From Lingula anatina (Eukaryota; Animalia; Brachiopoda), in contig CM120641.1 of the NCBI GenBank assembly GCA_051362555.1, positions 47,870,401 to 47,934,400 of the forward strand: DNA of 64,000 nt, in the 5' to 3' direction. This document shows positions 1-14,500 of the stretch, piece by piece (position 1 is the first letter of the stretch; each line of letters opens with the position of its first letter). The notes beneath the pieces are model-generated. The model had not been told where the DNA came from and did no database searches. It was given only the letters and a program-made list of their open reading frames with translations. A program made the position numbers and the translations under genes.

Positions 1-59
1 GGTGTTAGGTCGGTCTCACTCTCTCTCTCTCAATGAACAATTGAATACATTCGTTTTAC

Positions 60-1667
60 CATTTCTGCAAGCAGTCTGTACCATGTCCTCTGTCCGAGCG
101 ATCAAATCTTCAAAGTCTTCAGTGGTGAAGACATATCTCTCGTAAGGTTCTGAGGCAATGTCCTCCAGGTTGTCTCTGAAATATTAGAATTCTTTGTTTA
201 GATATCTTAGAAACAGGAACTGGCAAAATAGTTTACAACCCCCCCCCCCATTAATTTTTCTCCTCATTTTTCACTGTTGTGCTAGTAAAATCAGACTTCA
301 ATGGATCTGAATATTTTACGTACCTCCTGATGTCGTCCCCGACTCCTATAGCCATGATTTTGACGCCGTCCGCCTTCAGTGCATCGGCATTCGGGATGGT
401 GGCTTCTTTGTCTGAGTTTGGTTTACCATCGGTTATAACAATCACCATCTTAGCGTCGGTCTCATTGCGTTGGTTTTCATTAAAGAGCTCGTGGATGACC
501 GCCAGCCCTCCGGAGGTGTTGGTTCTCGTGCCCAGCTGATATTTGAATGAACGGTCCGCCATCTCCCCGACTTTGTCCAAGACGGCTTGCTTGTCTGTAA
601 GCGAAAAATACGTTTATAAGATCAACATGGCAAGAAATTATTGTAAAACCAGGTTCAGTGGTAGCCGGGTTTAGCATCACGTTGACCTCATCGTTGCCCT
701 GTCATCTCCCTCTTCCCCCCCTGATTTTGACACCAAGCTTCTACATGTGATATAAACTATAACGAGAGGAAAGGCTGAGTCCCTGTCCATTTTAGTCCTA
801 TTCCTTTTGGGAAGGTGTTTATATAACTTCTGCACTGGTATTGAGGTGCTATTATTCGATGTTTGATTCCATTTTAATTCAATACTTTAGTTTAAATGAC
901 TGGCCAAATAGAACGACATCTACCGTCACACACATTGCCTCGTTTTCACACAAGAGAACCTCTAAATTATATTCATTTTGGCAAGGAAAACCCGTGGACA
1001 GCATCTGTAATGAGTTAGTAAAACGCCACTACCAGACAAACTCACCTGAATATTCATCAAAGGCGAAGTATCTGGTCGCTTTGACACTGAAGTAAACGAG
1101 GCCGAGGCGCACACGCTCGGCACCAACGCCGAACCTGCTGATAAAATCTTGAACAAAGCCGACCACTTTCTTATAATTCATGAAGCCCACGCTCTTGGAA
1201 GCGTCCAGCAAGAACGCCATGTCGATCTTATCTTCTCTGTCGCAAGTGACGTGGTTGGCTGGAAGTATGGTCAATTTTCAAACGTTTTTTTTTTATTATT
1301 ATTCTCAAAGATTTGAACGATCCAATTCATTTCATGGGGACATTGCTGCCATATGATGAGATCATAAATAGTGAAACAGTATATCAGGTCAAATTTCACT
1401 AAATGGTCGAAAACATAAACCAAATATCGGACGCGACATATTAATTCAAACAAAACATAAAGTGCCCTTATTTGGATAGCGATTCCACATTTTGCAGCTA
1501 CATGAATGTCATTTTAAAAAGACTTTTTTTAGGTTCACATTCTGAACAAAATTACATTCCACGGCATAGGTTAAACTAATTAAGTTACCTGATGAAGCCT
1601 CCGAAGTGGAGCCCACCACTGCGATGGCGCAGTAAAGAAGTACCGCAGAGACCAACAACACTTTCAT
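60..1667 (-). CDS. Secreted von Willebrand factor A (VWA) domain protein, matrilin/collagen VI-like; 5' part only, probably continues beyond the window start
   Basis: Phase-consistent GT-AG exons 1667-1589 (signal peptide MKVLLVSAVLLYCAIAVVG), 1258-1046 (DMAFLLDASKSVG, MIDAS DxSxS), 594-324 (TNTSGGL; VIVITDG; IMAIGVG) and 175-60 (LEDIASEP..YVF, ends at a phase-1 donor). Confidence 0.88.
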
Positions 1668-4600
1668 GATGAAACGCTGAGATGTTGCAATCGAGTGTCA
1701 CTTCTTGTCTTTTTGTCGTGATTTTAAACAAAATTCCACACCTACGCTAGTATACCGGCTGAGGATTGATCGCTTTATTTTTTGCATTTGTGATGCACAA
1801 CCAGGATTGACGGTATTTAGATAAGTTGGCCTAATCACATTAATTTTTTATTTTGACATAAGTTGTTAAGTCGAGTGCCGCTATAATTGTACAAGTTCTA
1901 AGTGTAAGTAATCAACTTGAAAGCAATCAGCGTCAACTAAAAGCTCGGATGTGCCCAAAGATTGTACACAAAACCAATTTAAATCATTCAAAATATATTA
2001 GTGAACTAGCAATCAACAGTCAAGAGACAATACCGAAAGCGCATTTGAAAATTCGTTTTATGGCTCGGTTCCCGCCAATAATCCGCCCGTATACTTTGAA
2101 CTGTTGACACAAACTATGCATTGGCGTGGGAATGAATATAGTTGACTATTGCCTGAGGCCATCCTCCGATACATTCTTAATTAAAGAGTATTTTTTGAAC
2201 ACCTTTCATTAGATTATCAGGTGGGAGAATAGACTTGAATCCTCTTTCCTGGTAAGATGGTTTACCGTCCTAGACAGATTCGAAGTGCCTGGACAACTAC
2301 ATGTAGGTGTGATTTGGCGGCAAACCTGTGAACGCATGTTCTTATGACTGGGTTTCTATACCTAGATCGATCTAAAAGGATCCATCTTCAAGGGGTTTCT
2401 CGCAAAATTGTTTTCAACTTAAGCAGCTAAATTCTCTGGCATGTCTACTAAAGTTGCTACGATAATTAATTACCCCCTAGCAGCTTCAGTAGGCGTGACA
2501 GATATCTAAGCCGCTTAAGTTGATGGCAATTTGGAGAGAATCCCCTTGAAGACAGATCGATCTACAGTTAGTACGATAGGGTCTAGGAATCTATCATCAA
2601 TCTGGTCATACACTGTAAATATTTGATAATTTGCTATTTGGGGAAGAACTGTCGTTGATGTTTCAGAAATGTCCATTTCAAATAAAGTTTTAAGGAATTC
2701 GTATAAAACCAGACGCATCGGATATCATTACTCAAATCTGAATAAATTATGCATGCTATAAAGCACTTTCATACATTCAATTAATGTTTATAACGTTATC
2801 TTTCTTCTATTTAGCTTTCTTAAATACTGGTACTGTAGGTAGAAAAGCTAAGCAGGTGTTTGCAAACTATCCTACTATTATCAGCAATGATCGACAAACT
2901 GCACAGAAAATCAAATACGACAAATACGACAAAAGTGGAGAAAATGACATGATGAACGAAGCTAACCCAATATGCCCGTGGCCTATCGTGCACATACTTG
3001 AAGCCACTTGTATACAAGTTTGCTGTAACTAACAGAAATAGAATCAAAGAAGCAATTAAATTAAAAGGGAGCGACAAGACATGCCGTGCCTTAAAATAAA
3101 TAAATAAATAAGAAAAGGATAAAAATGCTGCTTGGAAAGAACCCGCCTAAAGAGCGATTGCAAGAAATGTGCATGACAACATGACCTTCAAGATGAATAT
3201 TTCTTTGATTTTGAATTTGCAACCCAACAAATTGAAAGCATTTTTGTATTAGATAAAAATGCCTAGAAATCCAGGCAAATGCATAATCCTGAGCTCAAAT
3301 CTTGTATACACTAGTGATACCCACATTTCCAGGTAATTTTTCCCAAAGCTAATTTATCTACGCACGTTTTAAATTTTCTGTGAATTATAAAGAATAATTT
3401 TGAGTTATTAATCAATAAAGTTTCAAGATTTTTTTGTTTCATCCGTTGGTAGAATTTCTATCCATCATCTCGATGATCATTTTAAATCTATGTGCACATT
3501 TATGTCAGCTTTTGATATTTAAACAAGAAAGGAATGCAGTGATTTTTATTGAAACATGCACCCAAGACAAATTTCTGCAAACAGATTTAAATACCCATTT
3601 AAGATCATTTCTCGCATTCAGATGGATAAGAAAAATATTTATGAGCCTATGGTCAATTTCTCATTTCTCATAACACGTTGATAAATAATGGAGATGTAGC
3701 CAATGAACCAAAACTAGCATACAACATTAATTAAAGAAACAGCTTGGTGGTTATTGACATTTTCCATTTAATAAGTAGCTTTTATCCACAGATCATATGA
3801 AAAACAATACATGAATTTTCCAACATCTTATACTGGACCTCCTATGTGTGTGGTATTCAGTTGTTGTATTATCTTTAAATTTTCTGCAAAGACAATAGTG
3901 ACAAAATAATTTTTACAAAAAAAGTACAGAAACTGTAAAAATTAATGACTTTAAGCAACTCGTGAAATTCATGTAAGTCCACACAAGTATCTAACTTTAC
4001 AATTTTAAATCTGCTAAAATTAAAAAAAAAAACAAAACAAAATAACCAAAACTTTTATTTGGATCTTCAATTAATGTCTGTTTGTGCCTTAAGTCACACA
4101 AGAATATACCAGATAACAATAAATAATAAAACTTTGGCTGTCAATCACTGGCATCTGTGGCACGGTTTCACATGCGTCACATACGAACACCATATACAAA
4201 AGAAATGTATAAATATATACAAACAAATAGAATCCACAGTGGGTGGCAATGAAGCAAATATAAGAAAACTAAACCCCATTAATGTTTTCAATGAAAAAAT
4301 GACCTGTACATTTACACATACCTTGATAACAAAATGTCAGCTGAAATAATAATGGCAAATGTGAACCTGTGACCCAGACAAAAAAGGGGAATTCATTGCA
4401 CAGATGAAATATGCAAAAGCACCTGTTGCAAGGCTCAGTAGAATCCTACATTTCCATGTACTTGTGATAAAGTTTGCCAATTGAGAAGGAAGACAAATTG
4501 AAAGGCGCAGATTAGAGAGACTGCAACAAACATTGTGCTGCTGTCATGGACAATCCAGTTGGCATGAAGTCTTTTATTTAATCAAATTGACAAATAGAGT

Positions 4601-4929
4601 ATCTAATTACTGTGGATTTTGATGCATGGCTTAGTTTCTATTGCAAATAGAGTACAATGTTGTACATTTACTCAGGATTTATCCACAAAAGAAGATCTTC
4701 ACAGATGTTCGGCATCTGATCTTAATCCATTCTCTCTTGATTAAAGGTACTCATCTACATATATGTTTAGTCATTGTAACATGAGGAAAAAAATTTATGA
4801 ATAATATTACTACAGTTTTCATATGATTAAAGTAAAATGTTGGTCTTAAACTGATTTAAGGTTTTTTTTAAACCTGTCCCTAGCTAAAGGCAACTGCATT
4901 CTTGAACCAAGATGATTATATTCGCTCTA

Positions 4930-5138
4930 GATATCTGGTGAAAACAGATAAGTCAATCTGTCAGTACAATTCAAATATAATTCAAATATAATTAAGTTAT
5001 TTTTAATTTGAATATTTAGCATACGCCGATGTAATTAACTAAAAAGTGTTATATAGTATAACATCTCTTATGTGTGAGTGTGTGAGCGAGTGTCTGTTTG
5101 GTTATTTTTGTATTGTCATGTGTCAATAAAAAAAAAAT
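4930..5138 (+). mobile_element. Short retroposed insertion (extreme 3' end of a LINE/SINE or mRNA) with poly(A) tail
   Basis: 11-bp direct repeat TATTCGCTCTA at 4919-4929 and 5139-5149 flanks a ~209-bp insert ending AATAAAAAAAAAA. Confidence 0.7.
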
Positions 5139-5319
5139 TATTCGCTCTATCTCATGATCTGCACCCCCCCATGTGAACATCCTACTCACCCATTAACATC
5201 TTTATTTCCACAAACAATAACTTGAAAAGTCTAAAGTCTATTTTTTAAAATTAAGTGGAAAAAACTTTTTACTAGTTTCACTTTATAAGTTAGAATACAC
5301 TATAATTTTTTTTAATGTG

Positions 5320-6785
5320 CTCTTTTAAGAACAAAAATAAGGACTGCTCAATTGATGGCCTAAACCACATCCTCTATGCAGATGACCTTGTCCTGTTATC
5401 AACTAGCAAGGAAGGATTGCAAGGCCACTTATTAGCACTTAGCACATATTGCAGAAAATGGAAGCTTCAGGTAAATGAGAAAAAGTCAAAAGTTGTCATC
5501 TTTAACAAACAAGGGAAAATAGACAAGAATATTAACTTTTATATAAATAACAAAATCATAGAATCTGTGAAGAATTTCACATACTTAGGAATAACCTTCA
5601 CAAACACAGGGTCTTTAAAAAAAAAAAGCAATTGAAAACCTGAAACAAAATGCAATGAAAGCATCTTTTGCACTGAAAACAGCAATTTCCTCACACCAAA
5701 TATCTTCTCCCCTACTATACATGAAACTCTTTGATAAAACCGTCAAGCCAATCTTACTCTATGGTTGTGAAGTTTGGGCAGAGGAACTATTTAAAGATAA
5801 GAAAATCTCCCTCCAAAAAATTAATAAAATGCCTTTTGAGCAGCTCCATCTAAAAACATGTAAGTGGGCTCTTGGTGTACGGAAATATGCAAGCAACAAT
5901 GCAAGTAGGGCAGAACTTGGAAGGCTGCCACTCTACACAGCTATTGTAAAACATGTTTTTAAGTACCAAATTCGTTTCAAAGAACTTGCTCCAAATAGAA
6001 TCGTGAAACAAATCTATGAAAGAGAAATCCATTTAAAAGGGCCTAGCTGGTCAAGCTCTCTGAAAACTTTTATAGACCTCTGGGGACTGTCAACAGATCT
6101 AAACACTGTAGACCCAAACCTACTTCAAGTAAATGTTATTAAAAAAATTGAAGAACTTTTTTGGACCGATCTGCACAGTGACAATAAAAGCAAACTAAGA
6201 ACTTACAAAGCAATAAAGAAATCCTACACTCCAGAAAATTATCTCACAATGAAAGTCCCTCTAAATGAAATAAAAACACTTGCAAAATTTCGAATCAGTG
6301 ACCATGACCTAGAAATTGAAAGAGGTCGCTACACAAAACCCAAAAAACCAGTAGAAAACCGAATATGTCCACATTGCAATGATGTTGAAACAGAAGTGCA
6401 TTTCCTACTAAAATGTAATGAGCATGTGAACGAAAGAGAAAAAATGATAAAAATGATACCGCCGCAAATGTCATCTGATTTAGAAAAACTTGCCTGGCTT
6501 CTCAATCCTCAAAGTGAACACTCCCTAAAAACCGTGTGTCACTTCATCCAACAAACATTTAAAAAAAGACTAGCCTGTCAATAATAATGAGCAAGTCTAC
6601 CACAATACAGAACAATGTAATTGTCATTATGTAATATAGGTATTTTTTATCTTATTATTATTATTTATTTATTTTTATTGTGTTAATAGGTCTAGATTGT
6701 ACTAAATGTATCTATATACAAGTAGTTTAGAGGGCCTGCAAAATGTACTGAAACGTTTTAGTGCTCAATAAAATTATTATTATTT
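5320..6785 (+). mobile_element. 5'-truncated non-LTR retrotransposon (LINE, CR1/L2-group-like): end of RT domain, C-terminal region and 3' UTR
   Basis: ORF 5315-5635 has ILYADDLVL, WKLQVNEKKSKV and FTYLGITF. ORF 5655-6584 has PILLYGCEVW, ASRAELGRLP, KLRTYK, FRISDHDLEIERGRY and a CPHC..E.EVHFLLKC zinc-knuckle-like motif. A frameshift at the A11 run (5617-5627) separates them. Ends AATAAA + (ATT)n near 6768-6784. Boundaries approximate. Confidence 0.9.
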
Positions 6786-8358
6786 AAAGAAACCTATATT
6801 TATTTTAAAAAAACCTACAGCAATGCTTATCTTCTGCTCCACCCACAAAACTTTGCGAGGCAGATTATATTTTCAAATACAATATCCTGTGCACATATAA
6901 CATTTCTTTAATGTCACATTACATCAGTATGTAGAAATACAATTGTGACCAATATTACAACTGTAACATAGCAGCTGGTTGAGGCTCAGAGTTAATATAT
7001 TCTTGTGTGCTTTGAGCTAAGAGATCTCATCCATGATGAAAAACAACACACAGGACACATCCAAGTTAATCTTAAACAACACTTAATTAGAGACTTTACC
7101 CTAAAACATATTTTAATATTACAAAATAATGGAATAACACACATATTCAGAGGACCCTCTCAGGGCCTTCTCCTTTTTAGAAGAGCTGTGCACTTTTTTA
7201 ACACAGTGACTCTGAGACTAAATATATCCTTATATGCTTAAAGCATAGAGATAGCACAGTAGTTCTCATCTACGATGAAATACTACACAAAGGACAAATC
7301 TATACCAACACATATTTAGATACTTAACCCTCAATCATATATAACAAAATTAACTTTAAGTTATTATCATTATATTGATATGTACAGAGAGCAAAAATAT
7401 GAACACCTTAGGCCTGTGCAATATTAAAAAAAAATTTTTGGACCATGGGTTATATTTATATATATTTTCATTAAATCATTGTTGTTCAATGTGCTATAGA
7501 TTACTGTCTTTGCCATTAATTTATACATGCTACATAAATAATTCACATGGAGCATTTACATTTTTGCTCTTTCTCTTTGTTCATATATATTTATCTCTCT
7601 GTTTATATATATTTATCTCTCTCTGTTTATATATATATATATAAATATAAATAAATTTCAGTAAAATTAAAGACAACCATACACCATGGTTTTGTATTTT
7701 GTACATACACCAGACAAATACATATTAATTTAATGAAAGTCATTCCAAAACATTTTACATGTGTAATTATAATTTATTTTATGGCACATTCCATATAAAA
7801 TCTCCATTCACTTCACAGAATATCTAGAATTATTAAAAACATTGATGATAAAACAACAAAGATAAAACAATAAAATAACAATAAAAATAAATAAAAAAAC
7901 AGTCAGCAGTGTTACTCAGTTAAAAATATTGTTTCTCAAATATTCATAATTTGTAAACATCATTCAAAATATGTTTTCTGTAAAGTTTTAAAGAAGGCAA
8001 TATCTTTGGCAACAAGAATATGTATGAACCCTACCTGTTATCAACAGATGTACCAGTTTATCCTCTCAACTTCTTTCCAAAATAAGTTACTTATTGATGA
8101 AAATTAAGATGATATGCAAATAAATTTATTACTCTATTTGTGAACCAAAAAGAAAGAGACATTCATTATCAGTATCAGTAAAAATAATTGAGAAAAAATT
8201 TGTGTCCTCATTGAATTTGCTTTGTCAAGATATTTTCCTCACTCGGTACTATAATACTGGTACAGGAAAAAAATTCCATGTCTGTAGCCTCCAGCAGCAG
8301 AAACACAACCCTTACTAAGCTTTCATTTTATGTGTCACCAATATTTTTCCTCACTTTC

Positions 8359-8519
8359 CAGGGGTGGATCCAGAGATTTTTCTGACAGTCTTCCAATTTA
8401 TCTTTGTCGATCCATCCTCCATTTTGGCCCATCATCCATCAGAAAAAAATTAGATGCTCATCAATGGAAACTTGAAAAATTTTGATCGTCTTCTGGAAGA
8501 CAGCTTCCAGCTGTCCCTG
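8359..8519. mobile_element. MITE family A copy (CAGGGG..CCCTG ends, 5-bp TSD) inserted at the beta-galactosidase stop codon
   Basis: TSD CTTTC at 8354-8358 and 8520-8524; internal sequence matches the copies at 10039, 10244 and 12755. Confidence 0.8.
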
Positions 8520-8522
8520 CTT

Positions 8523-11500
8523 TCACAGGTCAAGTTGAGGTTTATCTTTAAATGTGATGGTTGGCTTTGACCCATGAAGCTCAAATATTAAAATCTACAA
8601 TAAAAATTGACACAAACTTAGACAACAAGGAGTGCTACATAATATAGTGCTACGAGTAGATAAAGTACTACCAATATACTCTCGCTGAATGCAATCACTT
8701 TAACACACGTCCTTTTGTTTCCAACATACTCGTACAATCGCCAGCTTTTCTGTATTCTATTCAATGTCATAAGGGGGCATGTTGATCTGTTAATGTAATT
8801 GCATTCAGCAAAAGTCCCTGTACAGTAGTTTTGAACTCGAATGATCGTCTCACTGAGAATGGGCCCTACCTCATTATTTCCTGTTCTGAGTAGAGGTCCA
8901 GGCAGGTACAGGGTACGCTGGGGTCCTATCTCCCAGTATCTGCCCAGGTTAAACCCATTCACAAATACCACACCTTTCTTCCAGCCCTGGAGTATAAATA
9001 TTGTATTTTTACATACTTCTGCAATATGTGATTTCAATAAAATATATTGGTGATTTTAATATTAACCTGACATTATGTCCTTGCTTACATTTACTGTTAC
9101 CGTTTGAATATCATCAAAGTAATTTCAAATTATTTTTTCATGCGGTAAGTCCTCAGAAATTTTCTCCAAAATTCAGAAAAAGGTTCTATTATACAGGCCT
9201 AAAGCCAGCAATTTCAAAGAGAGGTTCATTTCTTCCTGAAAAAGTGCACTTTTGTACCCACTAAGTTGACCAAACTTGAGAAATAGCAAATTTTGGTTAC
9301 ATGGACCTTTTCCAGCCAAATGGGGTTTTCATTCAAGCCCCCTTGCCAAGGAGCTCGAGGATACATACTTTCATGTCAATAAAGGTATCACAGGGAGGAT
9401 GTTTTGTGACTGTCAACCTGGTGTAGAACATCCCGGGAGTTCCAACGACATCCTTGTAGGGGGACCAGTCTCCAGATGACAACATACTGCAGATGTAATG
9501 AAACACATAATAAACACATCTACCAAGTTCATTATGACAAAATCCCATTCATACCAGAACTAGACTAAATATTGTTTAGTTGACTGTGAGATTATCCCAT
9601 GTTATATTGTATGGTATATCAATATAACATGAGAAAATTTTACCTCAATTTAATTAAACTTGAAAACTATTCTTCTATGTCTCCCTCCAGTGCCAAGTCT
9701 AGACAAATGACACTTAAATTCATTCTTAAGTTTGCTTTAAAATAACAAAATTTATATAATGATTCTTTAGTGAGCCTCTGAGAAAATGCATAAATTATTA
9801 CTGGGTATAAATTTTATAACAGCCCAGGGAGTCAGATTTAAATTGTGTCACCCCATACATGTATAAGAATGAAAGTAGGTATGCAGTGGTGTTTTGAGTT
9901 ATAGATACTACAACATTGGTGGGCAAGACATGATAGCCACATAGGCTTTATATACATACTGGTATATATACATGTATACATGTATATATGTATACATGTA
10001 TACATGTATATATGTATACATGTACCTATAATGTATATCAGGGGCGGATTTAGGCGGTCTTCTGGGTCTTCCAAAAGACGGTCAGATTTTCAAGTTTACA
10101 TTGACGGGTATTTAATTTTTCTGTTGGAAGACGGTCAAAATTGGAGGATGAATCAACAAAGATAATTTGGAAGACTGTCAGTAAAAAGCTCTGGATCTGC
10201 CCCTCTCTATATATACTTTCCTGAATCATAATGTATCTATATACAGGGGCGGATCCAGAGATATTTTCTGACAGTCTTCCAAATTATCTTTGTTGATCCA
10301 TCCTCCATTTTTGACCGTCTTCCGACAGAAAATATAAGATGCCCGATAATGTAAACTTGAAAATCTGACCGTCTTCGGGAAGACCCAGAAGACGGCTTAA
10401 ATCCGCCCCTGATATATGTAATACTCTCTGACAACAGGGTGCCTAGTACACTAGGACTCCGTTCACATGGAAAGTCTATTTTCTAAAAATCTATTTTCTA
10501 TTCGTGGTATCTTGTAATCACGGTCCCTGTGCCCTGAATATCCCGGCCGCAACGTAATTACTGGAGGCGCGAGCCAGTTGCTTCCAAAGCTGTAATTAAT
10601 TCTCGGGATATTCAGGGCACAGGGACCGTGATTACAAGATACCGCGAATAGAAAATAGATTTTTAGAAAATAGACTTTCCATGTGAACGAAGCCTAGAAG
10701 TCTTTTACAAAATTATTGTATCGGACCCTGCGGGAACCGAGATGCTCAACAGGAAAGCATTCCTTAACAGACATACTCTTTGACATTTTTTTTTTTTGGG
10801 GGGGGGGGAGGAGGAGGAGGATTTCACACCTTTGGGTTGAGTATAGTGCACATCCCTGTCTTTGTCAAGCAGGAGTGATTACTGAGTGAATACACTCAAC
10901 GCCACAATTTCAGGGGCAGGTAGTTTCAAAATCACAATTGAGTTTATTGGGTGAGTTTCATATCCTTTTTTATTGTAATTTTATGTCTTATTTTATAATA
11001 AATTTTGTATGCTATTTTATTAGAATGTATCTTTTTTTATACCTTGTTAGGAATGGTTTCCTGAACTCCAGTGGATAGTGATCCCAGTCTATCAGCACTG
11101 CTTTATCCAAGTAAACTGTGCTTGTTATACCTGGAATGAATTGAAGTGATTGTCTCTGAAACGTTTCACAAAATGGGCATAACATATTCCGTGGCAGATG
11201 TCTAAAAAGATGCAGACATGGTGGGCATAGTGGAACTTGTTTCATGTGGGCATGTATGTCACACTATTGTGGCTTACAGCACATCTGCCATAGCATAAAC
11301 ATCACCTGGCCCATTGCCATCAATTTCAAAGTGGGGAGGGGGGTCCTTTTCTGAAAAAGAGGCCTTTTTTCAAGAAACTTCCGTGTACTTGCCATGGACC
11401 AAATTTTACTGAGAACAAACCTTTCCCTGCAAAAAAGGACAGTTCGCTCAAACTCCCGTGGCTCCAGGGCTGACCAAGATGAATCAGGTGCAACACTGGA

Positions 11501-14500
11501 CACCTAGTTGTATTTGACATCTGGGCCGATATTCTCGAAGCTATCAAATATGATTTTTTCATCGAATCTTAATCAAATCCAAAAAAACGGTATTCTCGAA
11601 GCTATCGAAAATTTTTTCATCGAAATCGATTCGAAGACGAAAAAATTCGACATCAAAAACGTTTGAGAATACTGCCCCTGCTCATGACTCACAGCAGTTC
11701 ATAGCTAGGACATATACCTCATCAATGTATGGTTTATACATTATAGATACATGTCACACTTTTCATACACTGTACTAGTACCAGTACATGTTGGTGCACA
11801 TAAGATCCAAATTACTTCCATTATTTTACAGTTATTACTTATATTAAATTTTATCATTCAATCATACCATATCAAATAAATTACTGGTAAAAACTCTCTG
11901 TTATTACATATGAACTGAGCATCGGTGGAGCATGGATTCCCAGTAACATACATACACCACTTCTACTAGTTTCTTATACAACTCAAATAAATTCAACATG
12001 TCAAGGGATAAACTGAATAAATTACTAGATCAGTCATAAAAGAGATTCAGACTGCTCCTTTCTTTAAATTTTTTGGTCAGAAATTTTAACCTACTGACCT
12101 ACATGTACTTTTCTGCCTCATTGATGTACAGCACAGAATGCTAGCAGAAATATCTGTTCAAATATCGACCGTCTTTCGGGTTACATTAAACAATGCCTTT
12201 TGTTATTCTCTTAGTTATACTTCTTGAAACTGTATGCTGGCATTTGGTCGGCTTTTGTGGCAAAAAAAACTGACTTCATATGCATCTTTAAGGTGAAAAA
12301 ACTCATGTTAGAATACTGTACCTTTCCTTTGACTCTCAAATGGTACTTTTGTTCCATTATAATATCCCATGCTATTGAGTCTGCCCATATTTTCAACTAA
12401 TACATCTAAAACATAAGTTGTCTGAAAATATGCACGAGGAAAAAAAATTAAAAAATTATCATTTCCCTTGAAATGATTAACCAGAAATATTTCAACTGTG
12501 AAATTTTGCTCTTTTTTTAACAAAAGATTGAAACTCAAATATTACAAGTAATAACAGCAAAAGACTATAAAGTGAACTGAATAAAATAAAAAAATATTGA
12601 ACAAGTTAATGAATGATCAAACAAACAAAAACTTAATAATCTAACCATGCATAAGTCTGGACTGTGATATACATCACATGACCACAGCTGACTGTATTAA
12701 TATGGTTACAAATTATTAATCATAATGCATGGTTATGTTCCCGAAGAATTATGACAGGGGCGGATTTAGGCCGTCTTCTGGGTCTTCCAGAAGACGGTCA
12801 GATTTTAAAGTTTACATTGATGGGTATCTAATATTTTCTGTCAGAAGATGGTCAAAAATGGAGGATGGATTAACAAAGATAATTTGGAAGACTGTCAGAA
12901 AATATCTCTGGATCAGCCCCTGTATGAATAGATATACTTGCGTTATTGTGTTTTTAGTCGAGCACAAGATACCCATTTGTTCAGCTGTACATATGAAGTA
13001 TATTCAATCACTCATTACATTACACTCAATGGCTCGCTCTGGCTACAGCACTGAATAAACCATTTGCATTTGGTTTTAGTTTCTGTAACATGTTACAATA
13101 TTCTTTGACACTCCAATTATTCCAGTCACCTTGTTCTGTGGCTTATTTGGCCCCTTTATCGCCACCACCATGTCTTTCTTGTTCAAGTTAAAAGTGGCAA
13201 TCTCTGTCCCATTCAGAAGGACCTAAAAGATGACATAGAGGGATGGAATAAACCAAAAAATCATCACAGCTTTTAACATTCCCAATTTACAAAATTACCA
13301 GTTTATACTAGCTTCTCTCTTAAAGAATACAAGAATTTAAATTCTAAATATGTATTAGAATTCATGTTAAATGCTTGGAACATTTTCAAGTATGGCAAAA
13401 TTTGCATCACATGGGAAAATTCAAGTGAAATCAGGTTTTCATGCCAATTTATATCAAATTATATTATATAAAACTGATGAGAAATATTTTGCTTAACTGC
13501 TATAGTTTGTGTGGCAAATGATTCACCTTGCAAAATAAAACAAAAGAATTTCCCCCCAGAAACAGCACAAGTACTATCAATGAATATCATATATTTTGAC
13601 ATATAGATAAAGCAAAATTTAAGCACATCATTTTGATAAATATTATAATTTTTATCATTCATTTGTACTTAAAAATACCTCAACTTGGCAAAAACTATAT
13701 ATGCGGTCACTTACCACAGCCCTATCTCTGACAGTGTCAGAAAATTTTAGTTTTCCACCTTTGGTGATTTCTGTCCTGTACAAAATAAACCCATAGCCTT
13801 GTCCTCCACCATTGTTAACCTGACCGAGAAACTCCATGGGGACTGCTTCTATGCCATATATAGCCTGCAAATGACAGGGGTTAAACTGGAGTTGTCATCA
13901 CAGCAACTTTTACTCAATGCCAAATTTCACATTCTGTTATTTTAGTAATGCACACCAAATAAATAAATAAATATAAAATAAAGTAAAAAGAATTAATCTA
14001 GAGTTCACTGTGGGCAACTTAAGGAAAACCATAAATTAAGATTAATATGAAAGCCGAAAAAGTGCAAAATACCTTCATTCGTTTTACCATGTCATCCAAA
14101 AGTAAATATTTTTCAATTTCAAGAGTACCTGCAAAAGAAGAAAAAACATACTAGTACCTAGCAAACAACCAACAAGTCCTGATGAAGTACTTATATATAC
14201 CTCTTTTCATACTGTGCCCACGTGATTTTTTTTTCTTTTTTTTTGCATCATGGTAACTAGTCCTTCATGTGTGACAATAGAGTTTTTCCGTTGCCGGTGA
14301 GATATGCCGGCTGGATTAATACGTCATCGGTTTGTGCGCACTTGTGATGTTCACCGCATTCATATACCGTTATCCCATCTAGTCTGCTGAATACAAGCGC
14401 TCCTATCTAGCCAGTGCGGAAGATTATTGAAAATAGTTATTAAAGGTTGTGTTTGCTAATTTATATGACTTATATACTTTTTTTACAAGAGTTCAAGTGT

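Noticed and set aside
5611-5660. Programmed ribosomal frameshift at TTTAAAA/A11 in the LINE
   Set aside because: It lies mid-ORF2 of a 5'-truncated copy, where LINEs do not frameshift; homopolymer slippage or sequencing error is simpler.
9980-13058. Similar ORFs [17 protein letters not shown]... at 9980, 10237 and 12729 as a small gene family
   Set aside because: They are translations of MITE family A copies inside introns.
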